A stretch of DNA of 63,914 nucleotides, the filler included, from Octopus bimaculoides (lineage: Eukaryota), in the NCBI RefSeq assembly GCF_001194135.2. It is 5 parts of 5 records of this genome, joined end to end, with 100 filler letters (N's around TTAATTAATTAA, not from the genome) between each part and the next. Parts side by side here need not be neighbours in the genome. Positions count along the whole stretch, not along the records: positions 41,348 to 44,209 come from NW_026419216.1; positions 44,310 to 62,749 come from NC_068993.1; 3 more parts are not named here. One strand, written 5' to 3'. Numbering within the stretch: the first letter of the stretch is position 1; every line of letters starts with the position of its first letter. The notes under the pieces were generated by a model. It was not told where the DNA came from. It worked only from the letters and a program-made list of their open reading frames with translations, and searched no databases. Shown here one piece after another: positions 41,248 through 52,510 of the stretch. The translations under genes were made by a program, and so were the position numbers.

Positions 41248-41347
41248 NNNNNNNNNNNNNNNNNNNNNNNNNNNNNNNNNNNNNNNNNNNNTTAATTAAT
41301 TAANNNNNNNNNNNNNNNNNNNNNNNNNNNNNNNNNNNNNNNNNNNN
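41248..41347. other. Artificial 100-bp gap with six-frame stop linker
   Basis: 44 N + TTAATTAATTAA (41292-41303) + 44 N. Confidence 0.95.
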
Positions 41348-43272
41348 TAACTGATCCTCCTGTATTTTCTTTTACTCAAAACCAGGAACTTTTCAGCGCT
41401 GCCTATTGTATGTACATATATACATGCAAGGGGGTGCTGGAAAGTTTCTGGTCTTCAGGGTATCACAAAAGCAACCCTCTCATACACACACACACAAAGT
41501 GTGGCCACAGGCTGACCAGAGCCTTGTGAATGCATTTGATAGATGGAAACTGAAAGAAGCCTGTCACATATGTGTGTGTGTGTGTGTGTGTGTCTGTTTC
41601 TGTGTGCTTGTGTGTCTTTGTATCTGTTTGTCCCCCATTGCTTGACAAAAAAGTGTTGGTGCATTTACATCCCCATGACTGAGCGGTTTTGTAAAAGAGA
41701 TTGATAGAATAAGTATTAGATTTACAAAGAAATAATAGGCAGTGGGGGGGGGGTCGATTCATTTGACAAAAACGAGACAACGCCTGAAATTTGCAGGAGG
41801 GGGGTAATCGATCACATCAAACTTCAATAAATGACTGGTATTTAAAGACGGACAAAGGTTGTGTGTGGTGTAGGGTTTCGAGGGAATAGGGTAAAGGGCA
41901 AATGTAAGTATTTATTTAATTATATTGTATTCAGCAGAGCCGAGCAAGGGACAGTCATCTTTGTTGCCAACAGACCAATGAAAAATAATAATAACAATAA
42001 CAATAATAATAATGAAAATCACAATAATTATTACGACANNNNNNNNNNNNNNNNNNNNNNNNNNNNNNNNNNNNNNNNNNNNNNNNNNNNNNNNNNNNNN
42101 NNNNNNNNNNNNNNNNNNNNNNNNNNNNNNNNNNNNNNNNNNNNNNNNNNNNNNNNNNNNNNNNNNNNNNNNNNNNNNNNNNNNNNNNNNNNNNNNNNNN
42201 NNNNNNNNNNNNNNNNNNNNNNNNNNNNNNNNNNNNNNNNNNNNNNNNNNNNNNNNNNNNNNNNNNNNNNNNNNNNNNNNNNNNNNNNNNNNNNNNNNNN
42301 NNNNNNNNNNNNNNNNNNNNNNNNNNNNNNNNNNNNNNNNNNNNNNNNNNNNNNNNNNNNNNNNNNNNNNNNNNNNNNNNNNNNNNNNNNNNNNNNNNNN
42401 NNNNNNNNNNNNNNNNNNNNNNNNNNNNNNNNNNNNNNNNNNNNNNNNNNNNNNNNNNNNNNNNNNNNNNNNNNNNNNNNNNNNNNNNNNNNNNNNNNNN
42501 NNNNNNNNNNNNNNNNNNNNNNNNNNNNNNNNNNNNNNNNNNNNNNNNNNNNNNNNNNNNNNNNNNNNNNNNNNNNNNNNNNNNNNNNNNNNNNNNNNNN
42601 NNNNNNNNNNNNNNNNNNNNNNNNNNNNNNNNNNNNNNNNNNNNNNNNNNNNNNNNNNNNNNNNNNNNNNNNNNNNNNNNNNNNNNNNNNNNNNNNNNNN
42701 NNNNNNNNNNNNNNNNNNNNNNNNNNNNNNNNNNNNNNNNNNNNNNNNNNNNNNNNNNNNNNNNNNNNNNNNNNNNNNNNNNNNNNNNNNNNNNNNNNNN
42801 NNNNNNNNNNNNNNNNNNNNNNNNNNNNNNNNNNNNNNNNNNNNNNNATGATAATAATAATAATGGTTTCAAATTTTGCCACAAGGGCATCCATTTCGGA
42901 GGAAGGGATAAGCTGATTACACCAACCCCAGTACCCAACTGACAATTTCCCGACCCCCGAAAGGATGAAATGCAAAGTCAACCTCGGACAAAATTTTGTA
43001 TTCAACGATCAAAAGGACAAATAGAACGACCCATATTGTGAATCCCGACTGATTGGGATTGGCCATTAAACCCCATTCATGGATGATGACGATGACAATT
43101 ATAACCACTACAATGATGATAATGGTTATGACGTCAGCAGTGGAAAATGAGAAACAAGTATGCACAAGCAAGCAAGTCTCACCAACACAAACACCAACGC
43201 CGATGAGGAAGAAGCAGGTAGAAACAGGCATGCATCAGCCTGTAGCCGTCAATGGATTGTTTTCATGCTTAC

Positions 43273-43586
43273 CTGACTCTTTAGGCCTCGGGTCAGGCTG
43301 AGGATTAGCTTTGGGTGGTGGTTCACTCCGAGGCTTAATCTTAGACTGACCACTGCTGGGAGCGGTGGCAGATCTGTTGCCACCAGAAACACTATTATTA
43401 TTACCACCACCACCACCACCACCACCACCGCTGCTGCTACCAACAGCACCACCTCCTCCACCAGTTTTAGTGCTCTGAGGTCCGAGGTAGCGAATTGATA
43501 AAAGTCTGCTGTCAAGCTTGATCGAGTGATTCTTGTCAGTGTAAAAGAGGGCATTTTTGACCTTTGGGAACACGATGAGGCTGGAC
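43273..43586 (-). CDS. Probable coding exon (314 nt) of an unidentified minus-strand gene; possibly the C-terminal half of an RRM-like fold followed by a Gly/Asn/Pro-rich linker
   Basis: Acceptor tttcttatttttgtccttttttcatttcAG, donor cag|GTAAGC; GC-rich relative to flanks. Frame: SSLIVFPKVKNALFYTDKNHSIKLDSRLLSIRYLGPQSTKTGGGGGAVGSSSGGGGGGGGGNNNSVSGGNRSATAPSSGQSKIKPRSEPPPKANPQPDPRPKES. Confidence 0.7.
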
Positions 43587-43984
43587 CTGAAATGAAAAAA
43601 GGACAAAAATAAGAAAAGGAAATAATTGTATTGTAACAGCATCAATGTCAGTATATATTATCACGACAGCAAAAAAACAAATGACCAACCATACAGTCCT
43701 CAAAACAGAGAGAGAGCCCTCTAGCCCTCATGTCCACAAACCTAGCTACCTAGTCGAGGTAACATCATCGGCGTCAGCTATCTGTCGCGAGTCGACATTG
43801 ACTCCTCTCTTAAGATTCTCTGATTTTCCTCACCCCCGAGAGAATGAAATGCAAAGTTGATTTAGGTGGTATTTGAACTCAGAACATAAAACCAAATGAA
43901 ATGCCGCTCAGCATTTTGTGACTAGCGATTCTGTCAGCTAATCATCAAGCAAATAGCACATAAAGGAAACCATTACACTCTCGG

Positions 43985-44135
43985 AGTGGTTGGTGTTAGG
44001 AAGGGCATCCAGCTGTAGAAACTCTGCCAGATCAGACTAGAGTCTGTAGTAGCCTTCCACTTTGCCAGTTACGGTCGAACCATTCAATCCATGCTAGCAT
44101 GGACAATGGACGTTAAATAATGATAATGATGATAA
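43985..44135 (+). mobile_element. 3' end of an RTE-type LINE or related SINE tail
   Basis: gttggtgttaggaagggcatccagctgtagaaac...ccatgctagcatggac..gacgttaaataatgataatgatgat tail; assignment from recalled 3' UTR sequence. Confidence 0.55.
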
Positions 44136-44171
44136 ATAAGTTTCAAATTCTGACACAAAGCCAGCAAGTTC

Positions 44172-44209
<38 letters not shown>

Positions 44210-44309
44210 NNNNNNNNNNNNNNNNNNNNNNNNNNNNNNNNNNNNNNNNNNNNTTAATTAATTAANNNNNNNNNNNNNNNNNNNNNNNNNNNNNNNNNNN
44301 NNNNNNNNN
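44210..44309. other. Artificial 100-bp gap with six-frame stop linker
   Basis: 44 N + TTAATTAATTAA (44254-44265) + 44 N. Confidence 0.95.
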
Positions 44310-44341
<32 letters not shown>

Positions 44342-44680
44342 AAAATGTCTGCATGTATGTATATATACACATATAGATAGACAGATACATACATGCATAC
44401 ATACATATACACATACGCATGTATATATGTATATATCTGAGATTGTGCGAGTACATATTTCTAGTTACATTGATATGCATGTAGACGAGTCAATAATTGC
44501 TCCAACAGCAGTAACTCAACTCTAAAGTCGCGGAAATTGGTGCCAACAATGCAAAACTGTTTTTGGGTAAGAATAATTCATGCAAGATGAATTATCAGCT
44601 ATCTGATAACATGCACTGACACACACACACACACATGAGTACGTATATACGTGATACGAGTGTATTAGTGGGTGTAAGTA

Positions 44681-44719
<39 letters not shown>

Positions 44720-45527
44720 NNNNNNNNNNNNNNNNNNNNNNNNNNNNNNNNNNNNNNNNNNNNNNNNNNNNNNNNNNNNNNNNNNNNNNNNNNNNNNNNN
44801 NNNNNNNNNNNNNNNNNNNNNNNNNNNNNNNNNNNNNNNNNNNNNNNNNNNNNNNNNNNNNNNNNNNNNNNNNNNNNNNNNNNNNNNNNNNNNNNNNNNN
44901 NNNNNNNNNNNNNNNNNNNNNNNNNNNNNNNNNNNNNNNNNNNNNNNNNNNNNNNNNNNNNNNNNNNNNNNNNNNNNNNNNNNNNNNNNNNNNNNNNNNN
45001 NNNNNNNNNNNNNNNNNNNNNNNNNNNNNNNNNNNNNNNNNNNNNNNNNNNNNNNNNNNNNNNNNNNNNNNNNNNNNNNNNNNNNNNNNNNNNNNNNNNN
45101 NNNNNNNNNNNNNNNNNNNNNNNNNNNNNNNNNNNNNNNNNNNNNNNNNNNNNNNNNNNNNNNNNNNNNNNNNNNNNNNNNNNNNNNNNNNNNNNNNNNN
45201 NNNNNNNNNNNNNNNNNNNNNNNNNNNNNNNNNNNNNNNNNNNNNNNNNNNNNNNNNNNNNNNNNNNNNNNNNNNNNNNNNNNNNNNNNNNNNNNNNNNN
45301 NNNNNNNNNNNNNNNNNNNNNNNNNNNNNNNNNNNNNNNNNNNNNNNNNNNNNNNNNNNNNNNNNNNNNNNNNNNNNNNNNNNNNNNNNNNNNNNNNNNN
45401 NNNNNNNNNNNNNNNNNNNNNNNNNNNNNNNNNNNNNNNNNNNNNNNNNNNNNNNNNNNNNNNNNNNNNNNNNNNNNNNNNNNNNNNNNNNNNNNNNNNN
45501 NNNNNNNNNNNNNNNNNNNNNNNNNNA

Positions 45528-45895
45528 CTTAGCGGTTCGGCAAAAAGAGGCCGATAGAATAAGTACTAGGCTTACAAAGAATAAGTCCTGGGGTCGATTT
45601 GATTCGACTAAAGGCAGTGCTCCAGCATGGCCGCAGTCAAATGACTGAAACAAGTAAAAGAATATATACTTATATATGTATATTTACTCTTTTATTCTTT
45701 TATTTGTTTCAGTCACTTAACTGCGGTCATGCTGGAGCACCGCCATTAGTCGAGCAAATCGACCCTAGGACTTATTCTTTGTAAGACTAGTACTTATTCT
45801 ATCGGTTTCTTTTGCCGAACCGCTATGTTACGGGACGTAAACACACCACCATCGGTTTTCAAGCGATGTTGGGGGGACAAATACAGACACACCAA
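45528..45895. mobile_element. Two SINE family A 3' halves in tail-to-tail inverted orientation
   Basis: 45528-45663 (+) and ~45690-45895 (-) are reverse complements over ~135 bp, separated by a ~25-nt AT spacer. Confidence 0.85.
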
Positions 45896-45956
45896 CACAT
45901 ACACACACATACATGTATATATATCAAAATACGCAACAAGGATATTCGGAGTTAAT

Positions 45957-46042
45957 GCAGTACGATCGTTTCATGCGACTCCATTTATTTAAGCAATGTG
46001 ATCATTATAGTAAGTGTAAAATGCAGAGCAATCCTCAGCTGC
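45957..46042 (-). ncRNA. Type I hammerhead motif, left arm of the fold-back
   Basis: GCAG-CTGAGGA-ttgc...gcat-GAAAC-GATC-GTA-CTGC; all core nucleotides present. Confidence 0.7.
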
Positions 46043-46132
46043 ACAAAGATATAGAAATTTTCAGAAATTTCATTTCAACAGAAGGACATATTGTTGTTGT
46101 AATGAAATTTCAGTAAATTTCTATATCTTTGT

Positions 46133-46218
46133 GCAGCTGAGGATTGCTCTGCATTTTACATTTAATGTAATGTTCACATTGCTTAAATAAATGGAGTCGC
46201 ATCAAACGATCGTACCGC
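46133..46218 (+). ncRNA. Type I hammerhead motif, right arm of the fold-back (mutated core)
   Basis: GCAG-CTGAGGA-ttgc...gcat-CAAAC-GATC-GTA-CCGC; G12 to C change and a stem I mismatch predict inactivity. Confidence 0.6.
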
Positions 46219-46402
46219 ATTAACTATGAATATCCTTGTTACGTTTGTTCAATTTGTGACACGCTGATAGAACATATTAAACAAATCAAAATGGTAATAT
46301 ATACTACGTATCGTCTAGCAAATGCCCCAAATCGTGGAACCTCATTCAAAGAGAGCCTCAAAAAATATGGAAGAGGTATTAACCAGTCTAAATAAGGGAA
46401 GA

Positions 46403-46770
46403 GGCCTTCTACCCCTGTATTCTGACATTAAGCAAGAATATGTTGTTATGCTATGGTGTAATTGAAAAAGGGTTAATGAAGTTTGTAAAGAAATATTAAT
46501 TGAGATAACCCATTTACATGAACGCATGATTGAAGCTAATATTGTTTCAGAGAGTGAGTATTATGAAGATGTTGCCATTGTGCCAAGAATTAAATTAGGA
46601 CATTCTGACTCAGCTCGGTCATTCACCCTTATACAAATACAGCTTTTAATTCGTGCAACTTTCGTAATGACAATCAATAAATCTCATTCAATTGTTGTAA
46701 CACAAATGGGTTAACTGGGAAGAACTGTTTTTACTCGGAGAATGTTATTCGGTCAGACACTACAATTGCT
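46403..46770 (+). mobile_element. Helitron Pif1-like helicase C-terminal remnant
   Basis: LxPCIL...MIEANIVS...VPRIKL..SDSARSFTL..QLLIRATFVMTINKSH resembles the Helitron pattern IPRI...PF...QFP...FAMTINKSQG. Confidence 0.7.
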
Positions 46771-46784
46771 TCCTATCCACGTGA

Positions 46785-46903
46785 TTTCGGGTTCAGTCCT
46801 ACGGCGTGGCGTTTTGGGTGTCTCTGATTATAGCCTCGGGCCGACCAAAATCTTGTGAATCGATTTGGTAGACGGAAACTGGAAGAAACCTGTAGCGCGC
46901 GCG

Positions 46904-46934
<31 letters not shown>

Positions 46935-47160
46935 ACGCGCGTTTGCCTTTCTATTTTTGTGTCTCCTCTCCCAGCAATTGACAGCCAGCGTTGGGATGTT
47001 TACGTCCCCGTAACTTAGCGGCTCGGCAATAGAAAAAATAATAGAATAATTACGAGACTTAGAAATATAGTAACTTCCGGGTCGATTTGTTCGACTAAAC
47101 CCTTCAAGGCGGTGCCCCAGCATGGCCGCAGTCCAGTGACAAAATCAAGTAAAAGACAAA
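46785..47160 (+). mobile_element. SINE family A, diverged
   Basis: gggttcagtcctacggcgtggc...cagcatggccgcagtccagtgacaaaatcaagtaaaaga. Confidence 0.85.
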
Positions 47161-47169
47161 CGATCTTAG

Positions 47170-47359
47170 TCAGTAAAGAACTGCCATGAACTGCCCATGC
47201 TTTCAGAAGTTCACATGACTCTTGTCTAATTAGTTTCATTTCTTTTTGAAGTAATTTGAAAGAAACTTACGAAGACTTTAGATTAATGCATGTAACATAT
47301 CACAGCTCTCGCATCACTTCTTCACACTCGGCCAATGAGCTTTTCGGTCCACCCTCGTA
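47170..47359 (-). mobile_element. One end of a mariner-type MITE
   Basis: Reverse complement begins TAcgagggtggaccgaaaagctcattggc, a mariner-style TIR related to the other TAcgag ends in the window. Confidence 0.6.
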
Positions 47360-47756
47360 GAAAGCTGATTTTTAGCAGATTAAGCGCCAATATAAAGCTC
47401 CCCTTGATGACGTGTTTAACCTCTGATTTTAGTGACTGACATCTTTTTACACTAAAGCTAATTCTTTACCATTAGTATGTTTTAATTATGCCAGTCTTAC
47501 GGAGGCTCCGTTGCTGTAGCTCTATCTATCTGTGTCATCTCTCTTTTAATTGCACTGCCGATTAATTATCTATTTATTTATCACGCTATATGTGGGATTT
47601 TTTAGTTTTTTTCTTAATTAATAATTTGCTTCTAACCTGATGTTTCTTTTATTTACTAATTTCTTTCCTGTGTTTGAATAAAGTCAGCCTAATTTTTTAA
47701 ACCCTACCCTTCTACGCCTCTCCAGCCCATTCTACTTTTCTATACGGTAAATAGGC

Positions 47757-47811
<55 letters not shown>

Positions 47812-47854
47812 TAGATAGATATAATGCTTTCAAACCTTTCAAAGACACTTCTAT

Positions 47855-48250
47855 GATTTATCTTTTTGTCTTTTGCTTGTTTCCGTCATTAGACTGCGCC
47901 AACGCTGGGGCACCACCTTGAAGAAACCTTAGTCGTTTTTTTTTAAGCGTAGTTCTTATTCTATCAGTCTTTTTTGCCGAACCGGGGACGTAAACATACC
48001 AACACCGGTTGTCAAGCAGTGGGGCGGGGAGACAACCAGATAACACACACATATGTACGTATATATATATATATATATATATAAACGACAGGCTTGTTGA
48101 AGTTTCCGTCTTCTAAATCCACCCAAACGCTTTGATCGGCCCGAGGCGATAGTAGAAGACACTTGTTCAAGGTGCGGCGCAATGGAACTGAACCCGGCAC
48201 CATGGCGTTGGGAAGCGAACTTCTTACCACATAGCCTCGCCTGCACCAAT
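47855..48250 (-). mobile_element. SINE family A
   Basis: Full reverse copy ending ttcttaccacatagcctcgcctgcacc. Confidence 0.85.
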
Positions 48251-48624
48251 ATTTATTTAAATTCTCAAAATATTTTAATTCTTCATCTTCATTATTGCTG
48301 TTTTGCATTAGAAGGCAGCGTCGGTGGTTTTGTCTGTGAACCAAGAATTTGATTTGCTTCGTTTTTAATAAAGCATTTGTGAATAAAAGAATATCTTTGT
48401 TAAATTTTTAAAAAACCTGTGTCGGTATTTATATTGCACATGAAATTAGAAAAACATTAATTATAATTGCAAATTACATAATAAAAATAAGCGTAAGTAA
48501 TGATTTAGTCTGGGAATCTAAAGATGTTGAAAGATAACGGTTATTTCTTTTAAATTTGATGTATATTTTTGACTACTTTTGCTGCTTTATGAAAAGTTTG
48601 TGTTCCTTGTTAATGCCGATATAT

Positions 48625-49430
48625 CTCGTTGTTATTGTTTGTGTCTGCTTTTTGTTATTGTTGTATGGGATCTAGTTTCAATGGGATTGAGCCCTATGCT
48701 CCGATCACCACTGGTATCCCTTTTACATTACTCTCTCACATTCCATATAGTCTTGCCATTTCCACTTTCAATTCGGAGTACTTGGTGATCTTTTCAACTT
48801 CCTCGCAACATTCATGTCATTTGGTATGGCTACATCAATGATCTGACAGTATTTGTCTCTCTTATTCAATATAACAATATCCGGCCGACGGTGTTCGATT
48901 ACACGATCTGTCTGAAAAGCATAGTCTCTTGGTACATGCTCACACCAGTTCTCTGATACTTCATATTGGTATTTACGGCATAAGAGCCAATGAAGATACA
49001 CTTTATCGTGGCGGCACTTGTATTCTTTTTGTGCAAGACTCTCACATCCCCTAACTAAGTGGGTCACATTTTCCATACTCTTTCACAGAGTCAGCATTTC
49101 TGAGTGTCAGAAGTTTTATAGATGTTATACTTCGCCGAATTGGTAGCGAGGGCCTGATCTTATGCAGCAATGACCAGGCTTCGATGGTATGCTTCAAATC
49201 ACCTCCCTCAAGACATACCCACGTTGCTGTATTATCCTTAACGTTTTGTGTATTCCTTTCAAACTGTCCATGCATACTCATTTCAAGAAGGTCTTCGTTT
49301 CTCTTCCCCTCAGCTCTTTGGTTAAACTCTTCCTTGCCCATCATTTCATCTGCATTTACACCCATATCTTTTGCGGCGTATTGCAGCAGATCCTCATCAC
49401 TATTTATCAAATACTCGGCAAGCGTTAGGA
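48625..49430 (-). mobile_element. R4/Dong-like non-LTR retrotransposon, 3' portion (CCHC knuckle plus restriction-like endonuclease)
   Basis: SMHGQF, GDLK..EA..IAA*DQALATN, C-LC..ENVTHLVRGCESLAQKEYKCRHDKV..HWLLC.KY, FQTDRVIEHRRPDIVILNK..CQIIDVAIPND, VIGA*GSIP. Confidence 0.85.
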
Positions 49431-49836
49431 ATCAAAGGGCTCTATAGATTAAAAACTGGCTGAGAAACACTAACATGAACAGTGCTCAGCATTTATAGGT
49501 AATGCCTATATGAGTGAGAACCTAATCATTTTCTGATGCAATGCTGAGTCAAGATGCAACTCGAGAAATTTGAAAATGCTCCACTTTCAAACAATACAAT
49601 AAGTCAACGTACTGATTACAAGTCACATGAAAACTGAAGAGGTTTGTTTTTTTTGTGGGGGAAGGGGTGTTATTTTATTATTTATTTATTTATTTTTTGT
49701 CATAAACTGAAAACTGGTGGTATTTTTTATTCTTTATAGGTTTATGAGTCAACAGAACTTAAGAATGAATGCCACGTTGTAGCTTTTGTAAGATTTGTCA
49801 ATCAGGGTGAAATTCAAGTAACCTTTTCTTCTCCAA

Positions 49837-49903
<67 letters not shown>

Positions 49904-50140
49904 TATGAGAGAGCTTCTCCTGGAAGAACCGTGTTTGCTCTGGTTCTGCCTCATCTATGATGAATTTCATAAGAGATTTTCTTTTCTTTCTCTTTTAAAA
50001 TAAGTAAAAATTAATATTGTCTTAACATGCTTTCTTTTTTAGAAGTGTGCTAATTTCAAAATTTTGGGGAGTTGAATTTAAAGACGTTTTTAATTCGTTT
50101 TTATATTTTGTTTGCAAAATTCTTGATATGAATTCATGTG

Positions 50141-50635
50141 TTAAAACAAATTTTGTTGTCTAGGGAAGGTCATTACACCAACAATGATAACACATGCACT
50201 GGTTCAATATTACTTCTTTATTGTTAGTCAATCGGTGAAATATCTAACCAACTAACAAATCGATCGATTGTTTAGTGTGCTGGTTAAATAATCAATCAGT
50301 TGTTAGTCAAAGTCCTTTCGTCGCTAATCGCGACTTATTCAATGACTTGCCACACATACAGGCATACATTCACACAAGTGTGGGACCTATTCTCGGACAG
50401 ACTCAGAGCAGACCTTGAAGAGAGAAGGCAAGTCCTTAAAAAGCTTGCGATTAGCGATGAAATGGCTTTGACTCACAATCAAGCGTTTGATTTTCTAACC
50501 AGCATACTAAGCAAACGATCGATTAGTTAGTTGATAAGATATTTAACCACCTTACTAACAATAAAGAAATGATACTGAACCAGTGCGTGTGTTATAATTG
50601 GATGTAATGACCCTCCCAACACACAACATTTTTAA
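50141..50635. mobile_element. Fold-back element (~195-bp arms, ~105-bp spacer) nested in the hAT remnant
   Basis: tagggaaggtcattacaccaa...gtcaaagtcctttcgtcgctaatcgc is mirrored by gcgattagcgatgaaatggctttgac...ttggatgtaatgaccctccca; TTAA at both outer edges. Confidence 0.8.
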
Positions 50636-50732
50636 TGTTGCTATGAAAATGGTCAATTTTATTAAAGAAATCTGTTTTAAAACCTATGTGAAACTTGAAT
50701 GAAGAGTATATAAACCTCTTGATTCATAAAGA

Positions 50733-50806
50733 AATCTGGGTGTTAAATAAATATATATAAATAAATAAATTTATTTATTTATATTTATTTATTTAACACC
50801 CAGATT
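50733..50806. repeat. Near-perfect 74-bp AT-rich palindrome
   Basis: aatctgggtgttaaataaata...aaataaat|ttattt...tatttatttaacacccagatt. Confidence 0.9.
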
Positions 50807-51392
50807 AACTTATAACTAATCTAGTGTTTATCTAAAGTACGATGACCCCAAATTAAATATTTGTGTACTAAAAGACAAGGTTTCTCATTAGAGGAATAAA
50901 TTTCATTATCTTAATTGGCTTCAAAAAATAACATTGCTATGATCCATATAACACATTGGTCTTATTTATTTTATTTCTCCTCAGCATTGTCAAAAAATAT
51001 ATTTTGTAGTTGTTTTCGTCTTGTCTTTTGTCTTTTGTATTTTTTTTCTTACTTTTTATTTTTCTCTTAAATATGTTTCATATTTTTCTTGTGTGAAAAA
51101 CACTTTTTATGGGATCTCTTAAAGAAGGACTTTAGTTTCTGTTATTTCTAGCATTGTTATTAAACTTGAGAAAAGCTTATTATACCAAGTTATCTTTTGC
51201 TTAAAAGAAAAACTACGTTATGTTGGTCTTATAAAATTTAATTTTACAGAAGAGAAAGAAGATGAATAATGGTACATAATTAGTTTTATATTATGTCAGG
51301 GGTTTCCTGAGATATGGGATTTATTTCAAGGATTCCCCAGCATGAAAGAGGCTGGGAAATATTGACCTAGACATTCATGTCTCCTAATTCTA

Positions 51393-51501
<109 letters not shown>

Positions 51502-51530
51502 AAAGTGTACCATATAGGTAGACAGATTAT

Positions 51531-51570
<40 letters not shown>

Positions 51571-51952
51571 CAGACAGGCATATATATATGCATGTATGCA
51601 TATGTGTGTGTTTGCGCATGCGTGTGCTGTCTGTATGTATATCTATGTATTATAAGCTAGCTTAGGCGGCGTCATCTTTGATGTGAATGTTTAATTGATG
51701 AACATAACTGTCACTTTTACGAGTGCAATTTATAAATAATAGAGCCAGAGGCACCAGAGCAACACATCTAACACATCCAGTAGGAAGGAATAAACGTAGA
51801 GATACAGCATCGTAGGGCTAAATGTGATTCATTATTTCATGAGAGATGGTTACATGTCGTTTCCAGCTGGCTATACAACACAATATCTGTGTCCTTATAT
51901 ATTCGAGCAGGGGAGCCCATCACCCCCATTCAGCACAAAGCAACATCTGTGG

Positions 51953-52127
51953 ACCGGTTTCTGGGTTTACTTTAAAGTACTGTGACTGAATATCTCTCTT
52001 TGAACGATTTAGAAATAAAAATGTTTCTATTTCTTAGATCAATGATGTGTGTCTCTTTGAAAATTATATATTATATATTCGGAAGCGCTACTCTGTGTTG
52101 ATAAAGAACAGTAACCCAGAAACCGGT
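51953..52127. mobile_element. Small MITE with 15-bp TIRs
   Basis: accggtttctgggtt (51953-51967) and aacccagaaaccggt (52113-52127). Confidence 0.6.
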
Positions 52128-52168
52128 TCATGTATGCAAACATGTATGTATGTATGTATGTATGTATG

Positions 52169-52199
<31 letters not shown>

Positions 52200-52229
52200 G
52201 TGTGTGTGTGCGTGTGTGTGAACCTTTTA

Positions 52230-52510
52230 TCGTTTATCATTTACTAGTTTCAGTATTTCGAATACGACCATGCTGCAGCACCGTCCTAGAGGGATTAGTG
52301 GAACCAAATAGTCACTTTTGAAAGTCATGGACTCATTCCAACGGTTTCTTTTGCTAAACGGCTAGTTAACGTGGACGTAAACAAACCAACAACTACATTG
52401 CATTGGTCAAACTGGGACTATAGTAGAAGACACTTGCCCCAGATGCCGCGCAGTGGGACTGAACGCGGAACAATATGGTTGTAAAGCGAATACATTATGC
52501 CTGCACCTAT
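52230..52510 (-). mobile_element. SINE family A, diverged
   Basis: tagtagaagacacttgccc...cgcagtgggactgaac reverse head. Confidence 0.75.

Larger units (their letters stand above)
45935..46240. mobile_element. Fold-back element (~140-bp arms) made of two inverted copies of an HHR-bearing PLE-like terminal repeat
   Basis: aacaaggatattc...gaaatttcatt, 26-nt spacer, aatgaaatttc...gaatatccttgtt; left arm homologous to 35770-35890. Confidence 0.85.
49510..51365 (+). mobile_element. hAT (Charlie/Buster-like) transposase remnant, fragmented and interrupted
   Basis: Ordered motifs PLSNNTISQR (49585), ESTELKNECHVVAFVRFVNQGEI (49745), SWKNRVCSGSASSM (49917), AMKMVNFIK and LCE..NEEYINLLIHKEIW (50640-50740), possible end ggctgggaaatattg. 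Interrupted by (AAT)n and a fold-back. Confidence 0.6.

Noticed and set aside
43198-43250. CCGATGA...GAAACAGGC/GCCTGTA with a good stem III
   Set aside because: U4 is mutated, there is no stem II, and stem I is out of register.
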